DNA of 42,137 nt, taken from positions 1-42,137 of the forward strand of contig JBGQBE010000026.1 in NCBI GenBank assembly GCA_041494685.1, written 5' to 3'. Source of the stretch: Dehalococcoidia bacterium. GTDB taxonomy: Bacteria > Chloroflexota > Dehalococcoidia > DSTF01 > JACRBR01. The notes below the pieces were generated by a model. That model searched no databases. It had not been told where the DNA came from and worked only from the letters and a program-made list of their open reading frames with translations. This document shows positions 1 through 8,363 of this stretch, one piece after another (the first letter of the stretch is position 1; every line of letters begins with the position of its first letter). The translations under genes and the position numbers were made by a program.

Positions 1-1
1 G

Positions 2-1474
2 GTCAACGGCATCGGCGCGGCGTCCTACTCCTACGACACCATCGGCAACATGACGGCGAAGACGGAGTCGCTCGTCGGGATGCTGAACCCGACGAACATG
101 ACGCTGACGTATCCGGCGTCCGGCAGCGCCTCCGTGCGCCCCCACGCCGTCACGTCGACGGCCGGCACGCCGGCGCTCACGCTGACGTACGACGCCGCGG
201 GTAACCTCGCCAGCACGTCGGCGTCGAGCTCGACGTATACCTTCGACGCCGAGAACCGGCTGAAGACGCGGACCGTCTCAGGCGGCACGGTCTCCTACAC
301 CTACGACGCGAACGGCACGCTCGTGAAGCGGACGAACGCCGACAACACGTGGACCGTGTACGTCGGCGGGGTGTTCGAGAAGAACAGCGACGGCAACACC
401 GTCAAGTACTACGGCGCCTCGGGCAAGGTCGTGGCGATGCGCAAGACGCCGTCCGGCGGCGCGCCGTCGCTGTACTACCTGCTCGGCGACCACCTGGGCA
501 GCACGTCCGTCATCACCGATGCCAGTGGCGCCGTTGTGGCGAGCGAGAAGTACTGGCCGTACGGTGCCACACGCTCCGGCGCGATCACGCAGACGGACAA
601 GCTCTATACGGGCCAGCAGGCGGAGCCGGGCGACAGCGCGCTCGGGCTCTCCAACTACAAGGCGCGGTTCTACAGCTCGGTCACGGGGAGGTTTGTGAGT
701 GCGGATTCGGTGACGGTCGATGGACTGAACCGCTACGCCTATGTCCGGAACAATCCCGTGAATCACACGGATCCGACCGGACGTTGTTTTAGAGGCCCTG
801 ATGGTACTGAGCTACCGTGCGATCCAGGCGCTGTCAACACGTGGCTGGCATGTGCTCTCGGGGCGTGCGCTAACAGGCCTGACCTGGAACTCATGGCACA
901 GGTCGGCATCGGACAGGCGCTGTTCTGGGCAAACGCCTATGATCTGTCGCGGCGGTACAGTGGCGGGGGTGTCGTATATACGGCAGGACTCTTAGTGACC
1001 ATCGGCAAGTACGCCACGATCAACAACTTCAACCTGATCCCCGCGTCTGGGTTTACCACTCTCGGCGTGATGCTGGGTATGGGGGGCCTGAAATATGGAC
1101 CGTTCGTCAGGGCGTCGCTGAGCGATCTGCTGTTCGGCACGCGCGACGTGTCCCAACTCAGCGCGGGTGAGATCGCCGGAGGAACTTTGTGGTGGGAGGT
1201 GATGGGGTCCACCATGGACATCCTGGGTGGCCTTGGCCATAACCAAGCACGGAACTCCGTCGACGTCATGCAGGAGTTCGACGACAGAACCCTCGACGTC
1301 GCCTCTCAGTTGGATCCAGTCGACATTGCCCATGCCTTCCAATGGTCTGAGGACCAGTGGACATTGCTACACTGGAAGTTCGGCATCCCGATTCCGCCGC
1401 CACCTGAGGATCCTAGCCAGGGCGAGTGTGACGTCCAATGCATTGTAGACTGGATCAACAGCTGGCACGGATGA
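2..1474 (+). CDS. Rhs repeat-associated core protein with C-terminal tip CT1; open at the left window edge (end of the main rhs gene or an orphan module)
   Basis: YD repeats (YTYDANG, YTFDAENRL) and Rhs core motifs (LGDHLGS, YWPYG, YTGQ, YKARFY, RYAYVRNNP). DPTG cleavage motif at 770-781. The frame is open from base 2. Confidence 0.9.
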   Translation, partial: VNGIGAASYSYDTIGNMTAKTESLVGMLNPTNMTLTYPASGSASVRPHAVTSTAGTPALTLTYDAAGNLASTSASSSTYTFDAENRLKTRTVSGGTVSYTYDANGTLVKRTNADNTWTVYVGGVFEKNSDGNTVKYYGASGKVVAMRKTPSGGAPSLYYLLGDHLGSTSVITDASGAVVASEKYWPYGATRSGAITQTDKLYTGQQAEPGDSALGLSNYKARFYSSVTGRFVSADSVTVDGLNRYAYVRNNPVNHTDPTGRCFRGPDGTELPCDPGAVNTWLACALGACANRPDLELMAQVGIGQALFWANAYDLSRRYSGGGVVYTAGLLVTIGKYATINNFNLIPASGFTTLGVMLGMGGLKYGPFVRASLSDLLFGTRDVSQLSAGEIAGGTLWWEVMGSTMDILGGLGHNQARNSVDVMQEFDDRTLDVASQLDPVDIAHAFQWSEDQWTLLHWKFGIPIPPPPEDPSQGECDVQCIVDWINSWHG

Positions 1475-2271
1475 CTTCCAGGGGAATAGCTGCCATGACT
1501 ACACGACCCGCACGTTGCATCTTGTTCGCCTTCGCGGCGCTCACGCTAAGCTTCTTTGCGTGCGGGCAGCCAGCGGATAGCCGGCCGAACATCGGAAGCG
1601 CCTCGCCGTCAGCTCTCGCGGGGGCGTCTCCCATCCACACGCCATCCGCGACCCCGCAAAGCGTCGCGAGTCTCCTCCCCGCATCAGAGACTCCGTTCGC
1701 CGTCAAGTTCAAATGGTCGCGAGGTGTCCCGGGCGGAGGGGCAGCGTTGTTCGAATGGCGCCAGAACAAGGGAGTGCGACGCTGGGATTCGGCGACCAGC
1801 GACAGGCAAGGTGACTTCACGATTCAGCGGGATCTCAGCACTGATCTTCCGCTAGGCGCGGCAACCTCAGTTGGGTGCATCTGGTTTCGAAAACCGGATG
1901 AGACGGATCCACGCGTCAATTGCGACCGAGACTCCGTTGGGGGTACCTCAGACCCGCTCCTCGGGGATCTCGTCCCCGCGATACAACACGGCGTGATCAC
2001 CCGTGAAATTGGCGGTCGGGAGATCGCAGGTCACCAGGCATCCTGTTACGAGTTCGAGGCCCGTTCAAAAGGCGTCATCTGCGTAGACAACGCCGGCACG
2101 CCCCTGTATTTCACGAGCGAGAAATATGGAAGCCAACCCGGCCAAACGATCGAGGCGACAGACGTATCAACAGCTGTGCCGGACTTGGACTTGCCGGCAG
2201 ATCTGCCGTACCAAACCGAGATACGAGATTCTCCAGAAATGTCGGCGATCCATCTTCAATTGCCGTGGTGA
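1471..2271 (+). CDS. Lipoprotein, candidate immunity protein for CT1
   Basis: ATGA overlap with the rhs stop. Basic N-terminus, hydrophobic stretch and lipobox-like FFA-C. Paralogous to 3695..4471. Confidence 0.75.
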   Translation: MTSRGIAAMTTRPARCILFAFAALTLSFFACGQPADSRPNIGSASPSALAGASPIHTPSATPQSVASLLPASETPFAVKFKWSRGVPGGGAALFEWRQNKGVRRWDSATSDRQGDFTIQRDLSTDLPLGAATSVGCIWFRKPDETDPRVNCDRDSVGGTSDPLLGDLVPAIQHGVITREIGGREIAGHQASCYEFEARSKGVICVDNAGTPLYFTSEKYGSQPGQTIEATDVSTAVPDLDLPADLPYQTEIRDSPEMSAIHLQLPW

Positions 2272-2333
2272 CGCAGTCTGGTTCTTCTCGGCGGCCTTGA
2301 CGGCCCGTCGGACTCCAGTCCGGCAGCTCTTCC

Positions 2334-3695
2334 GTGCGCCCGCACGCCGTCACGTCGACGGCCGGCACGCCGGCGCTCGCGCTGACGTACGACGCGGACG
2401 GCAACCTGGCGACGCAGGGCAGCTCGGCGTACACCTACGACGCCGAGAACCGGCTGAAGACGCGGACCGTCTCAGGCGGCACAGTGACGTACACCTACGA
2501 CGCGAACGGCACGATGGTGAAGCGCACGAACGCGGACGGCACGTGGACGGTGTACGTCGGCGGCGTGTACGAGAAGAACAGCGACGGCAGCACGGTCAAG
2601 TACTACGCGGCGCTGGGCAAAGCGGTCGCAATGCGGCGCACGCCCGCCGCGGGAGCGTCGACCCTGTATTACACCCTCAGCGACCACCTCGGCAGCACCT
2701 CGGTGATCACCGACACGAGCGGCGCCGTCGTGGCCAGTCAGAAGTACTGGCCGTACGGCGCGACACGCACCGCCTCTGGCACGCTGCCCACCGACAAGCA
2801 GTACACCGGCCAGCAGGTCGAGCCCGGCGACAGCGCGCTCGGGCTGTACAACTACAAGGCGCGCTTCTACAGCACCACGCTGGGGCGGTTTGTCAGTGCG
2901 GATTCGGTGACGAAGGATGGGCTCAACCGTTATACGTATGTGCGAAACAACCCGGTGCGACATTCCGATCCGTCCGGGCAATGCATCCTCGGGCAGCAAT
3001 GCACAATCGGCGACGTGAGTAGGTTCATACGTTGCGCGTCAGGGGGTGACTGCAAGGTTCCAACAGGTGTGAACGAAGAAGATGTTCGGCGATTGGCGGG
3101 CTGGGCCCTCGGCCAGGACGAGTTCTGGGGCAATGTGTTCCAGTTAAACGCGACGTGCGGATGCGGACAGGTGTTCATTGTGCAGGTCATGGCCACGATC
3201 GGCCGAAACGCACAGCCGGGGACGCTCGACCTCATCTCAGACTTTGGGTACCAGACCTTATCTCATCTTCTTGGTATGGACCGCACGGCTAGCGAATTCC
3301 TCAAGAAGTCTCTCAGCGATCTACTTTTCGGCACATCGGAGGTCAGTACCATGGCCGCCAGCGCGATTGTCGGAGCGAGTCCGTGGTGGGAAGAAATCGG
3401 TACGATGATGCAAATGATCGAGGGTGGCTATACTATCGCGGACTCACCTTGGGAAGACGACGTATTTTGGGCGCTTGTCAACAAGACAATCGAATGGGGG
3501 ACCGCCCTACAAGTCGACGGGGCTGACCTTCAACATCGAGAGTGGTCGCCGTTTCAGTGGGAGATCATCAAGGGCAAGTTAGGCGTCAATCCTCCCGAGG
3601 ATTTCGATCCCTCTGGGTGCGTCACCGACCCCGAATGCATAGGGAAGTGGGCCAGGCTTGGGTCCGAGATTCCCCCGGAGTATCCTCAACCGTGA
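2334..3695 (+). CDS. Orphan Rhs core + C-terminal tip CT2 (5'-truncated)
   Basis: DNA homology to module 1 starts abruptly at about 2319 (matching about 119). No convincing RBS. DPSG at 2967-2978. The tip is paralogous to CT1. Confidence 0.85.
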   Translation: MRPHAVTSTAGTPALALTYDADGNLATQGSSAYTYDAENRLKTRTVSGGTVTYTYDANGTMVKRTNADGTWTVYVGGVYEKNSDGSTVKYYAALGKAVAMRRTPAAGASTLYYTLSDHLGSTSVITDTSGAVVASQKYWPYGATRTASGTLPTDKQYTGQQVEPGDSALGLYNYKARFYSTTLGRFVSADSVTKDGLNRYTYVRNNPVRHSDPSGQCILGQQCTIGDVSRFIRCASGGDCKVPTGVNEEDVRRLAGWALGQDEFWGNVFQLNATCGCGQVFIVQVMATIGRNAQPGTLDLISDFGYQTLSHLLGMDRTASEFLKKSLSDLLFGTSEVSTMAASAIVGASPWWEEIGTMMQMIEGGYTIADSPWEDDVFWALVNKTIEWGTALQVDGADLQHREWSPFQWEIIKGKLGVNPPEDFDPSGCVTDPECIGKWARLGSEIPPEYPQP

Positions 3696-4471
3696 TGGCC
3701 GTGACTCGGTGCGTCAATCGGAATGTCTTGCTTGCCACAGTGCTCGCACTGGCCAGCGTGGTGGCCGCCTGCGGGTCGCCAACAGCCAGCACGAGTACCG
3801 CTACGCCACGCGCGCAAGCGACACCGGCGCTAATGTCGCCACCTCGGACTGGATCCGTCAGCGGTCTGATCGCTTCGCCAAGGGCTACCTTTGATGTCAG
3901 ATTCAGCTGGACGGACGGCGCGCCCTCGGGCGGACCGATCGATTATGAATGGCGGCAGCGGGACGGTATACGGCGACGCGACGTCCGAAACGGCGATTCA
4001 GAAGGCGCGTTCTCGATTGAGCGCGACTTTGCTGACCCGCCCAATGACCACGAGGGCCGCGCGAATCTGAACTGCGAATGGTTACACAAGCAAGGGGACG
4101 CCGTCGCGGGCGTCAGTTGTCGGTCGGGTACTCCAGGTAGCGGCATTTCGGGAAGCATCGAGAACGCTCTCGGCACGGCCATCGATTTCGGGCAACTGAC
4201 ACGGCCACTCGCCGGCCGTGAAATAGCAGGCCGCTCTTCATGGTGCTATGAGTTCAGCGCCCTTTCCACCGGCGAAATCTGCGTCGACGCGTCGAGCATC
4301 CCCCTCTATTTCAGCGGGCAGTTCCGCCCAACCACCAAGAAGGTCACGATCGAGGCGATATCAGTCTCGCTTGACGTATCCGAACTTGACGTCACTCCGG
4401 ACTTCCCGACCGCAGCGAGCTACAAGGGTTTCGCGGACGTTCCGATTTCCGATCTCCATTTGCCCAATTAG
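3695..4471 (+). CDS. Lipoprotein, candidate immunity protein for CT2
   Basis: TGATG overlap with the rhs stop. Lipobox VAA-C. Shares EWRQ..G.RR.D and GREIAG....CYEF...G.ICVD...PLYF with 1471..2271. Confidence 0.75.
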   Translation: MAVTRCVNRNVLLATVLALASVVAACGSPTASTSTATPRAQATPALMSPPRTGSVSGLIASPRATFDVRFSWTDGAPSGGPIDYEWRQRDGIRRRDVRNGDSEGAFSIERDFADPPNDHEGRANLNCEWLHKQGDAVAGVSCRSGTPGSGISGSIENALGTAIDFGQLTRPLAGREIAGRSSWCYEFSALSTGEICVDASSIPLYFSGQFRPTTKKVTIEAISVSLDVSELDVTPDFPTAASYKGFADVPISDLHLPN

Positions 4472-4500
4472 CGGCACCAACGCCCGATTCGAGGAGATCT

Positions 4501-4528
4501 GCCACGGTCCGAATTCTCCGTGGCGTTT
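4501..4528 (+). terminator. Possible weak intrinsic terminator after lipoprotein 2
   Basis: GCCACGG-N10-CCGTGGC followed by GTTT. Confidence 0.3.
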
Positions 4529-4541
4529 GTCGCTCGGCAAT

Positions 4542-6161
4542 CTGGCGCTCGGCAACGGCCTCACCACGCGCTACACGTACGACAGCCGCCAGCGGGTGAC
4601 CGGCATCACGGCCGGCACGGCGCTCGTGCCCGGCTCCACCCAGAACATGGCCCTGACCTACGACGACGCCAGCAACGTGACGGCCGTGACGGACCGGTCG
4701 ACGGGCGAGGTCGACGGCTACACGTACGACGCCCTGGACCGGCTCACGTCGATGACGGTCAACGGCATCGGCGCGGCGTCCTACTCCTACGACACCATCG
4801 GCAACATGACGGCGAAGACGGAGTCGCTCGCCGGCATGCTGAACCCGACGAACATGACGCTGACCTATCCGGCGTCCGGCAGCGCCTCCGTGCGCCCGCA
4901 CGCCGTGACCTCGACCACCGGCAGCCAGGCGCTCACGCTGGCCTACGACGCCAACGGCAACCTGGCAACGCAGGGCAGCTCGACGTACACCTACGACGCC
5001 GAGAACCGGCTGAAGACGCGAACCGTCTCAGGCGGCCACGACACGTACCTCTACGACGCCCACGGCACGCTCGTGAAGCGCGTCAACGCCGACAACACCT
5101 CCACCGTCTACATCGGCGGGATCTACGAGGCGGCCTACGACGCGAGCGGCGTGCTGACGGGCACGACGAAGTACTACCAGGCCTTCGGGCGCAACATCGC
5201 GATGCGCAGCAGCAGCGTCGCCGCCTGCGCCGGCACGCCCTGCTACCTGCTCGCCGACCACCTCGGCAGCACGGTGGGGATGACGGACAGCTCCGGGAAC
5301 GTGCTCTCGACGCAGAAGTACTGGCCATACGGCGCCGTGCGCTCCGGTGGGGGCGCGCAGACGGACAAGCAATTCACCGGCCAGCAGGTTGAGAACGGGG
5401 ATGCGAGCCTCGGCCTCTATGACTACAAAGCCCGATTCTACAGCACGGTGCTCGGGCGATTTGCCAGTGCGGATCCGAGCTCGAAGGACGGCCTCAATCG
5501 ATACAGCTACGCACGCGACAACCCTGTGCGTTATCGAGATCCGACCGGATACGACGCCGCGTCAGACCTGAGGGCTATCTATGCCGGATGGCAAGCGTCG
5601 GGAATGACAGCGGACGAGTACATCAGAGAACTAGTCCGGGCCGGGATGCTCTTGGGGGTCATTCCTAACGGCATAATCACTACGGGTAATGGCGGCTCCG
5701 TTTGGCACGTCTTTGCGCCGAAGACTGGACATCTAACCGACATCACGCCGGAGAATATCCAGACATACGAAGAAGTCGCGGCCGATCCGAACCTGCTCGA
5801 AGGCGTAGACGAGTACGGCAACATGTACTTTGCCAAGATGCGTCCGGATGGCAGCCAGATCTGGGTTCGCGTCTACAATGGCATTATCAAGAGCGCCGGA
5901 GTCAATAGGCCGGGTGAAAGCCGCGTTTGGGATCCGCTCAGGCGAGCGCTAGTTCGGTTGGATCCGCGGTCGCCGGAGGTTCCTGACGAGGACGCGCCAG
6001 GCAACCCCGATGACGAGATTCCCCCACGAGGTCCGGGTGGCGGAACGTGCGCGTGCAACCCCCCGGGACAGGGAGTCCCATACGTACCACCATTCCCGGA
6101 TGTGCCGGCACCGGCGCCTGTACCGGTCGCGCCACCTGTCTCCGTCCCCTTCCCGGCCTAG
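4542..6161 (+). CDS. Orphan Rhs core + C-terminal toxin CT3 (5'-truncated)
   Basis: Rhs-like sequence begins about 4542 (LGNGLTTRYTYD). 4757-4914 is nearly identical to 1-158. DPTG at 5538-5549. The tip has HVF...GH...D.YGN......DGSQIWVRVYNGIIKSAGVN, then a Pro-rich tail. Confidence 0.85.
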   Translation: MALGNGLTTRYTYDSRQRVTGITAGTALVPGSTQNMALTYDDASNVTAVTDRSTGEVDGYTYDALDRLTSMTVNGIGAASYSYDTIGNMTAKTESLAGMLNPTNMTLTYPASGSASVRPHAVTSTTGSQALTLAYDANGNLATQGSSTYTYDAENRLKTRTVSGGHDTYLYDAHGTLVKRVNADNTSTVYIGGIYEAAYDASGVLTGTTKYYQAFGRNIAMRSSSVAACAGTPCYLLADHLGSTVGMTDSSGNVLSTQKYWPYGAVRSGGGAQTDKQFTGQQVENGDASLGLYDYKARFYSTVLGRFASADPSSKDGLNRYSYARDNPVRYRDPTGYDAASDLRAIYAGWQASGMTADEYIRELVRAGMLLGVIPNGIITTGNGGSVWHVFAPKTGHLTDITPENIQTYEEVAADPNLLEGVDEYGNMYFAKMRPDGSQIWVRVYNGIIKSAGVNRPGESRVWDPLRRALVRLDPRSPEVPDEDAPGNPDDEIPPRGPGGGTCACNPPGQGVPYVPPFPDVPAPAPVPVAPPVSVPFPA

Positions 6162-6242
6162 CCTTGAGAAGGTGTCGCGGCCACACTGGGTCGTGCGCAT
6201 GAGCCTAGGTGGGCCACTTGGCAGACCTCTCGGAGGTGCTTG

Positions 6243-6497
6243 ATGTCGCGTGAAGAACGTCTCCTGACAATTGACGAGGCCTACGCCGCCCTGCTGCGCT
6301 TTCTCAAGCTCTACTATGCGACGCTCGGGAACGCTACCATCGCTGACGTCTTGGGGGATGGCTCGCTTGCTGCCCCCCGCAACACGGTCGATCCCGGCGT
6401 CTGGGACACTTGGCTGGAGGCGTTGAACGAAATTACCGGTGGGGCCTTCAACGAGATGGCCGAAGAATATCATGCCAGATGGCAAACGGGTGGATAG
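6243..6497 (+). CDS. Small cytoplasmic candidate immunity protein for CT3
   Basis: GGAGGT RBS at 6232-6237. 84 aa, helical (LTIDEAYAALLRFLKLYY...DPGVWDTWLEAL), no signal peptide, directly downstream of the tip. Confidence 0.75.
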   Translation: MSREERLLTIDEAYAALLRFLKLYYATLGNATIADVLGDGSLAAPRNTVDPGVWDTWLEALNEITGGAFNEMAEEYHARWQTGG

Positions 6498-6644
6498 ATC
6501 CGTAGCGCTGACCTCGGGAGTGACACGAGCTGCGCATTGCGACGGACGACGTCTTGGGGGTGGTCTTGGCTACGGAAGCGCGACTCCTTCGCGGTGAGTT
6601 TGCGGATGGGTGGCCAGACTGACAGGCCTGGGCGATCTGAAGGG

Positions 6645-6998
6645 ATGCGCGCCGTGAAGAAGCGCCAACAGCGTCGGGCGGGCAGGTGGCCGATCGGTCC
6701 ATTGTATGCTCCTATCTGGCGCCGCCGCATCGTCACGATCGTCATTGGTAGTTTAGTTATGCCCGCTGGGGTTCTGTATGTCGGTGTCACCTCGCCAAAT
6801 GCCGGGTTCACCTCTGCAGGTATTTTGTCCGCCGCCGCGTTCGTCTATGTGGTTCAAATGGGCGTGGGCTACGGCTTTGCGCTACTCCTCATGCCACGCG
6901 ACCTTAAGGAAGAATGGCGCCCCGCCAATTCTTGCATGCTGAAGAACAGAGGCGGCAGCAGAAGCAGTAGCGTCCTCGTAGTGGCGTACGGCACATAG
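6645..6998 (+). CDS. Small putative membrane protein, possibly orphan immunity or a gene remnant
   Basis: Basic N-terminus then two hydrophobic segments. Sits between Rhs modules. Start uncertain. Confidence 0.35.
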   Translation: MRAVKKRQQRRAGRWPIGPLYAPIWRRRIVTIVIGSLVMPAGVLYVGVTSPNAGFTSAGILSAAAFVYVVQMGVGYGFALLLMPRDLKEEWRPANSCMLKNRGGSRSSSVLVVAYGT

Positions 6999-7030
6999 GC
7001 CAGGTGGCGTGTGCGACGGCGAGCCCGTGG

Positions 7031-8359
7031 CTGACGCTGAACTACGACACCGCGGGCAACCTTGCGTCCGGCACCTCCGGCACCACGAGCACGTACACCT
7101 ACGACGCCGAGAACCGGCTCAAGACGCGGGCGGTGAGCGGCGGCTCGGTCTCGTACACGTACGACGCGAGCGGCACGATGGTGAGGCGCCTCAACGCTGA
7201 CGGATCGTGGACCGTGTACATCGGCGGCGTCTACGAGAAGAACAGCGACGGCAGCACCGTCAAGTACTACGGCGCCTCGGGCAAAGCGGTGGCCATGCGG
7301 CGCACGCCCGCCACGGGAGCGCCGACGCTGTACTACACCCTCTCCGACCACCTCGGCAGCGTGTCGGTCGTCACGGACACCACCGGCGCCGTCGTGGCGA
7401 GCCAGAAGTACTGGCCCTACGGCGCCGTGCGCTTCGGCGGCGTCTCGCAGACCGACAAGCTCTACACCGGGCAGCAGATCGAGCCCGGCGATAGCGCGCT
7501 CGGGCTGTACAACTACAAGGCGCGCTTCTACAGCACGGTGACGGGGCGGTTTGTGAGCCCCGATCCAACGAACGCAAGCGGCAGTTGGATGGCCCTCAAT
7601 CGATTCGTGTACGCAAACGACAACCCGATGAAATTCATCGACCCAAGCGGGTATGACCCTACCCAGCAAGATCTGAGTAACTGCGCCGCCAACATTGTCG
7701 CGTGCTTGGAGCTATCGTACGGTGGCGACTCGCACAATGGGATCATCTTCGTGATGGGACTATTCGAGTCGAGGACTTCTCCCGGCGATCTCGATCACTA
7801 TGCTGGTTATGCGGAAACCTTCTTGGAGCGGTATGTTCCGGGCTGTAGTGGTCGAGGAGGCGAATGCTGGGAAGCGGCCAAGCTCCTTGAAACGACAGAA
7901 GGCAGCGACGCAGCGTACAAGGTGTTTGGGTTGAAGTTCATCGCGTCCGATCCGGGTGGGCACGGCTGGGAAGGGATTGTTGGCTCGATTCCGGGCGTGA
8001 AGCATGTCCCGTTTCTCGGTGATCGCCTCCCTGATCGAGGATTGGACGCCCTTGGCAAGGCTGTTCGCGACACGTCCAAGTTCATCGTCGGCGTCATCGG
8101 CGTAAGCTTGGGAGCCGGTACCGTAGGGAAGTACTTCACCGAGCATCCCAACGTCAACATCCCCTTCGTCATGGATTCGGGTGCCGACTGGGATCCGGGA
8201 GTCATTGAAGCGAATGCAGCCCATTACAACGGTCTGCTGCCAAATCTCGTCGACTCTACTAGCTTCTGGTCCTGCGGTTGTCCGCTTCATGGTGCCAATG
8301 ATGGGCTCGCATCCGTCTTCTATGATGAGTTCGATGAGTATAGCCAGCTATACAGGTAA
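7031..8359 (+). CDS. Orphan Rhs core + C-terminal tip CT4 (alpha/beta-hydrolase-like)
   Basis: Core homology begins about 7031 (LTLNYDTAGNL). DPSG at 7640-7651. The tip has IIFVMGL and a G-x-S-x-G motif (IVGVIGVSLGAG; GVSLG at 8099-8113) plus a late His (PLHG). Confidence 0.85.
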   Translation: MTLNYDTAGNLASGTSGTTSTYTYDAENRLKTRAVSGGSVSYTYDASGTMVRRLNADGSWTVYIGGVYEKNSDGSTVKYYGASGKAVAMRRTPATGAPTLYYTLSDHLGSVSVVTDTTGAVVASQKYWPYGAVRFGGVSQTDKLYTGQQIEPGDSALGLYNYKARFYSTVTGRFVSPDPTNASGSWMALNRFVYANDNPMKFIDPSGYDPTQQDLSNCAANIVACLELSYGGDSHNGIIFVMGLFESRTSPGDLDHYAGYAETFLERYVPGCSGRGGECWEAAKLLETTEGSDAAYKVFGLKFIASDPGGHGWEGIVGSIPGVKHVPFLGDRLPDRGLDALGKAVRDTSKFIVGVIGVSLGAGTVGKYFTEHPNVNIPFVMDSGADWDPGVIEANAAHYNGLLPNLVDSTSFWSCGCPLHGANDGLASVFYDEFDEYSQLYR

Positions 8360-8363
8360 CCCC

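Larger units (their letters stand above)
1..7651 (+). repeat. Four dispersed direct repeats of the Rhs core 3' region (about 1-781, 2319-2978, 4542-5549, 7031-7651)
   Basis: Long shared blocks such as gacgccgagaaccggct(g/c)aagacgcg, gaagtactggcc and actacaa(g/a)gc recur in all four modules. Confidence 0.9.

Noticed and set aside
4248..4541. N-terminal extension of the module 3 ORF in the ORF track
   Set aside because: Overlaps the lipoprotein gene out of frame and is not Rhs-like; Rhs sequence starts about 4542.
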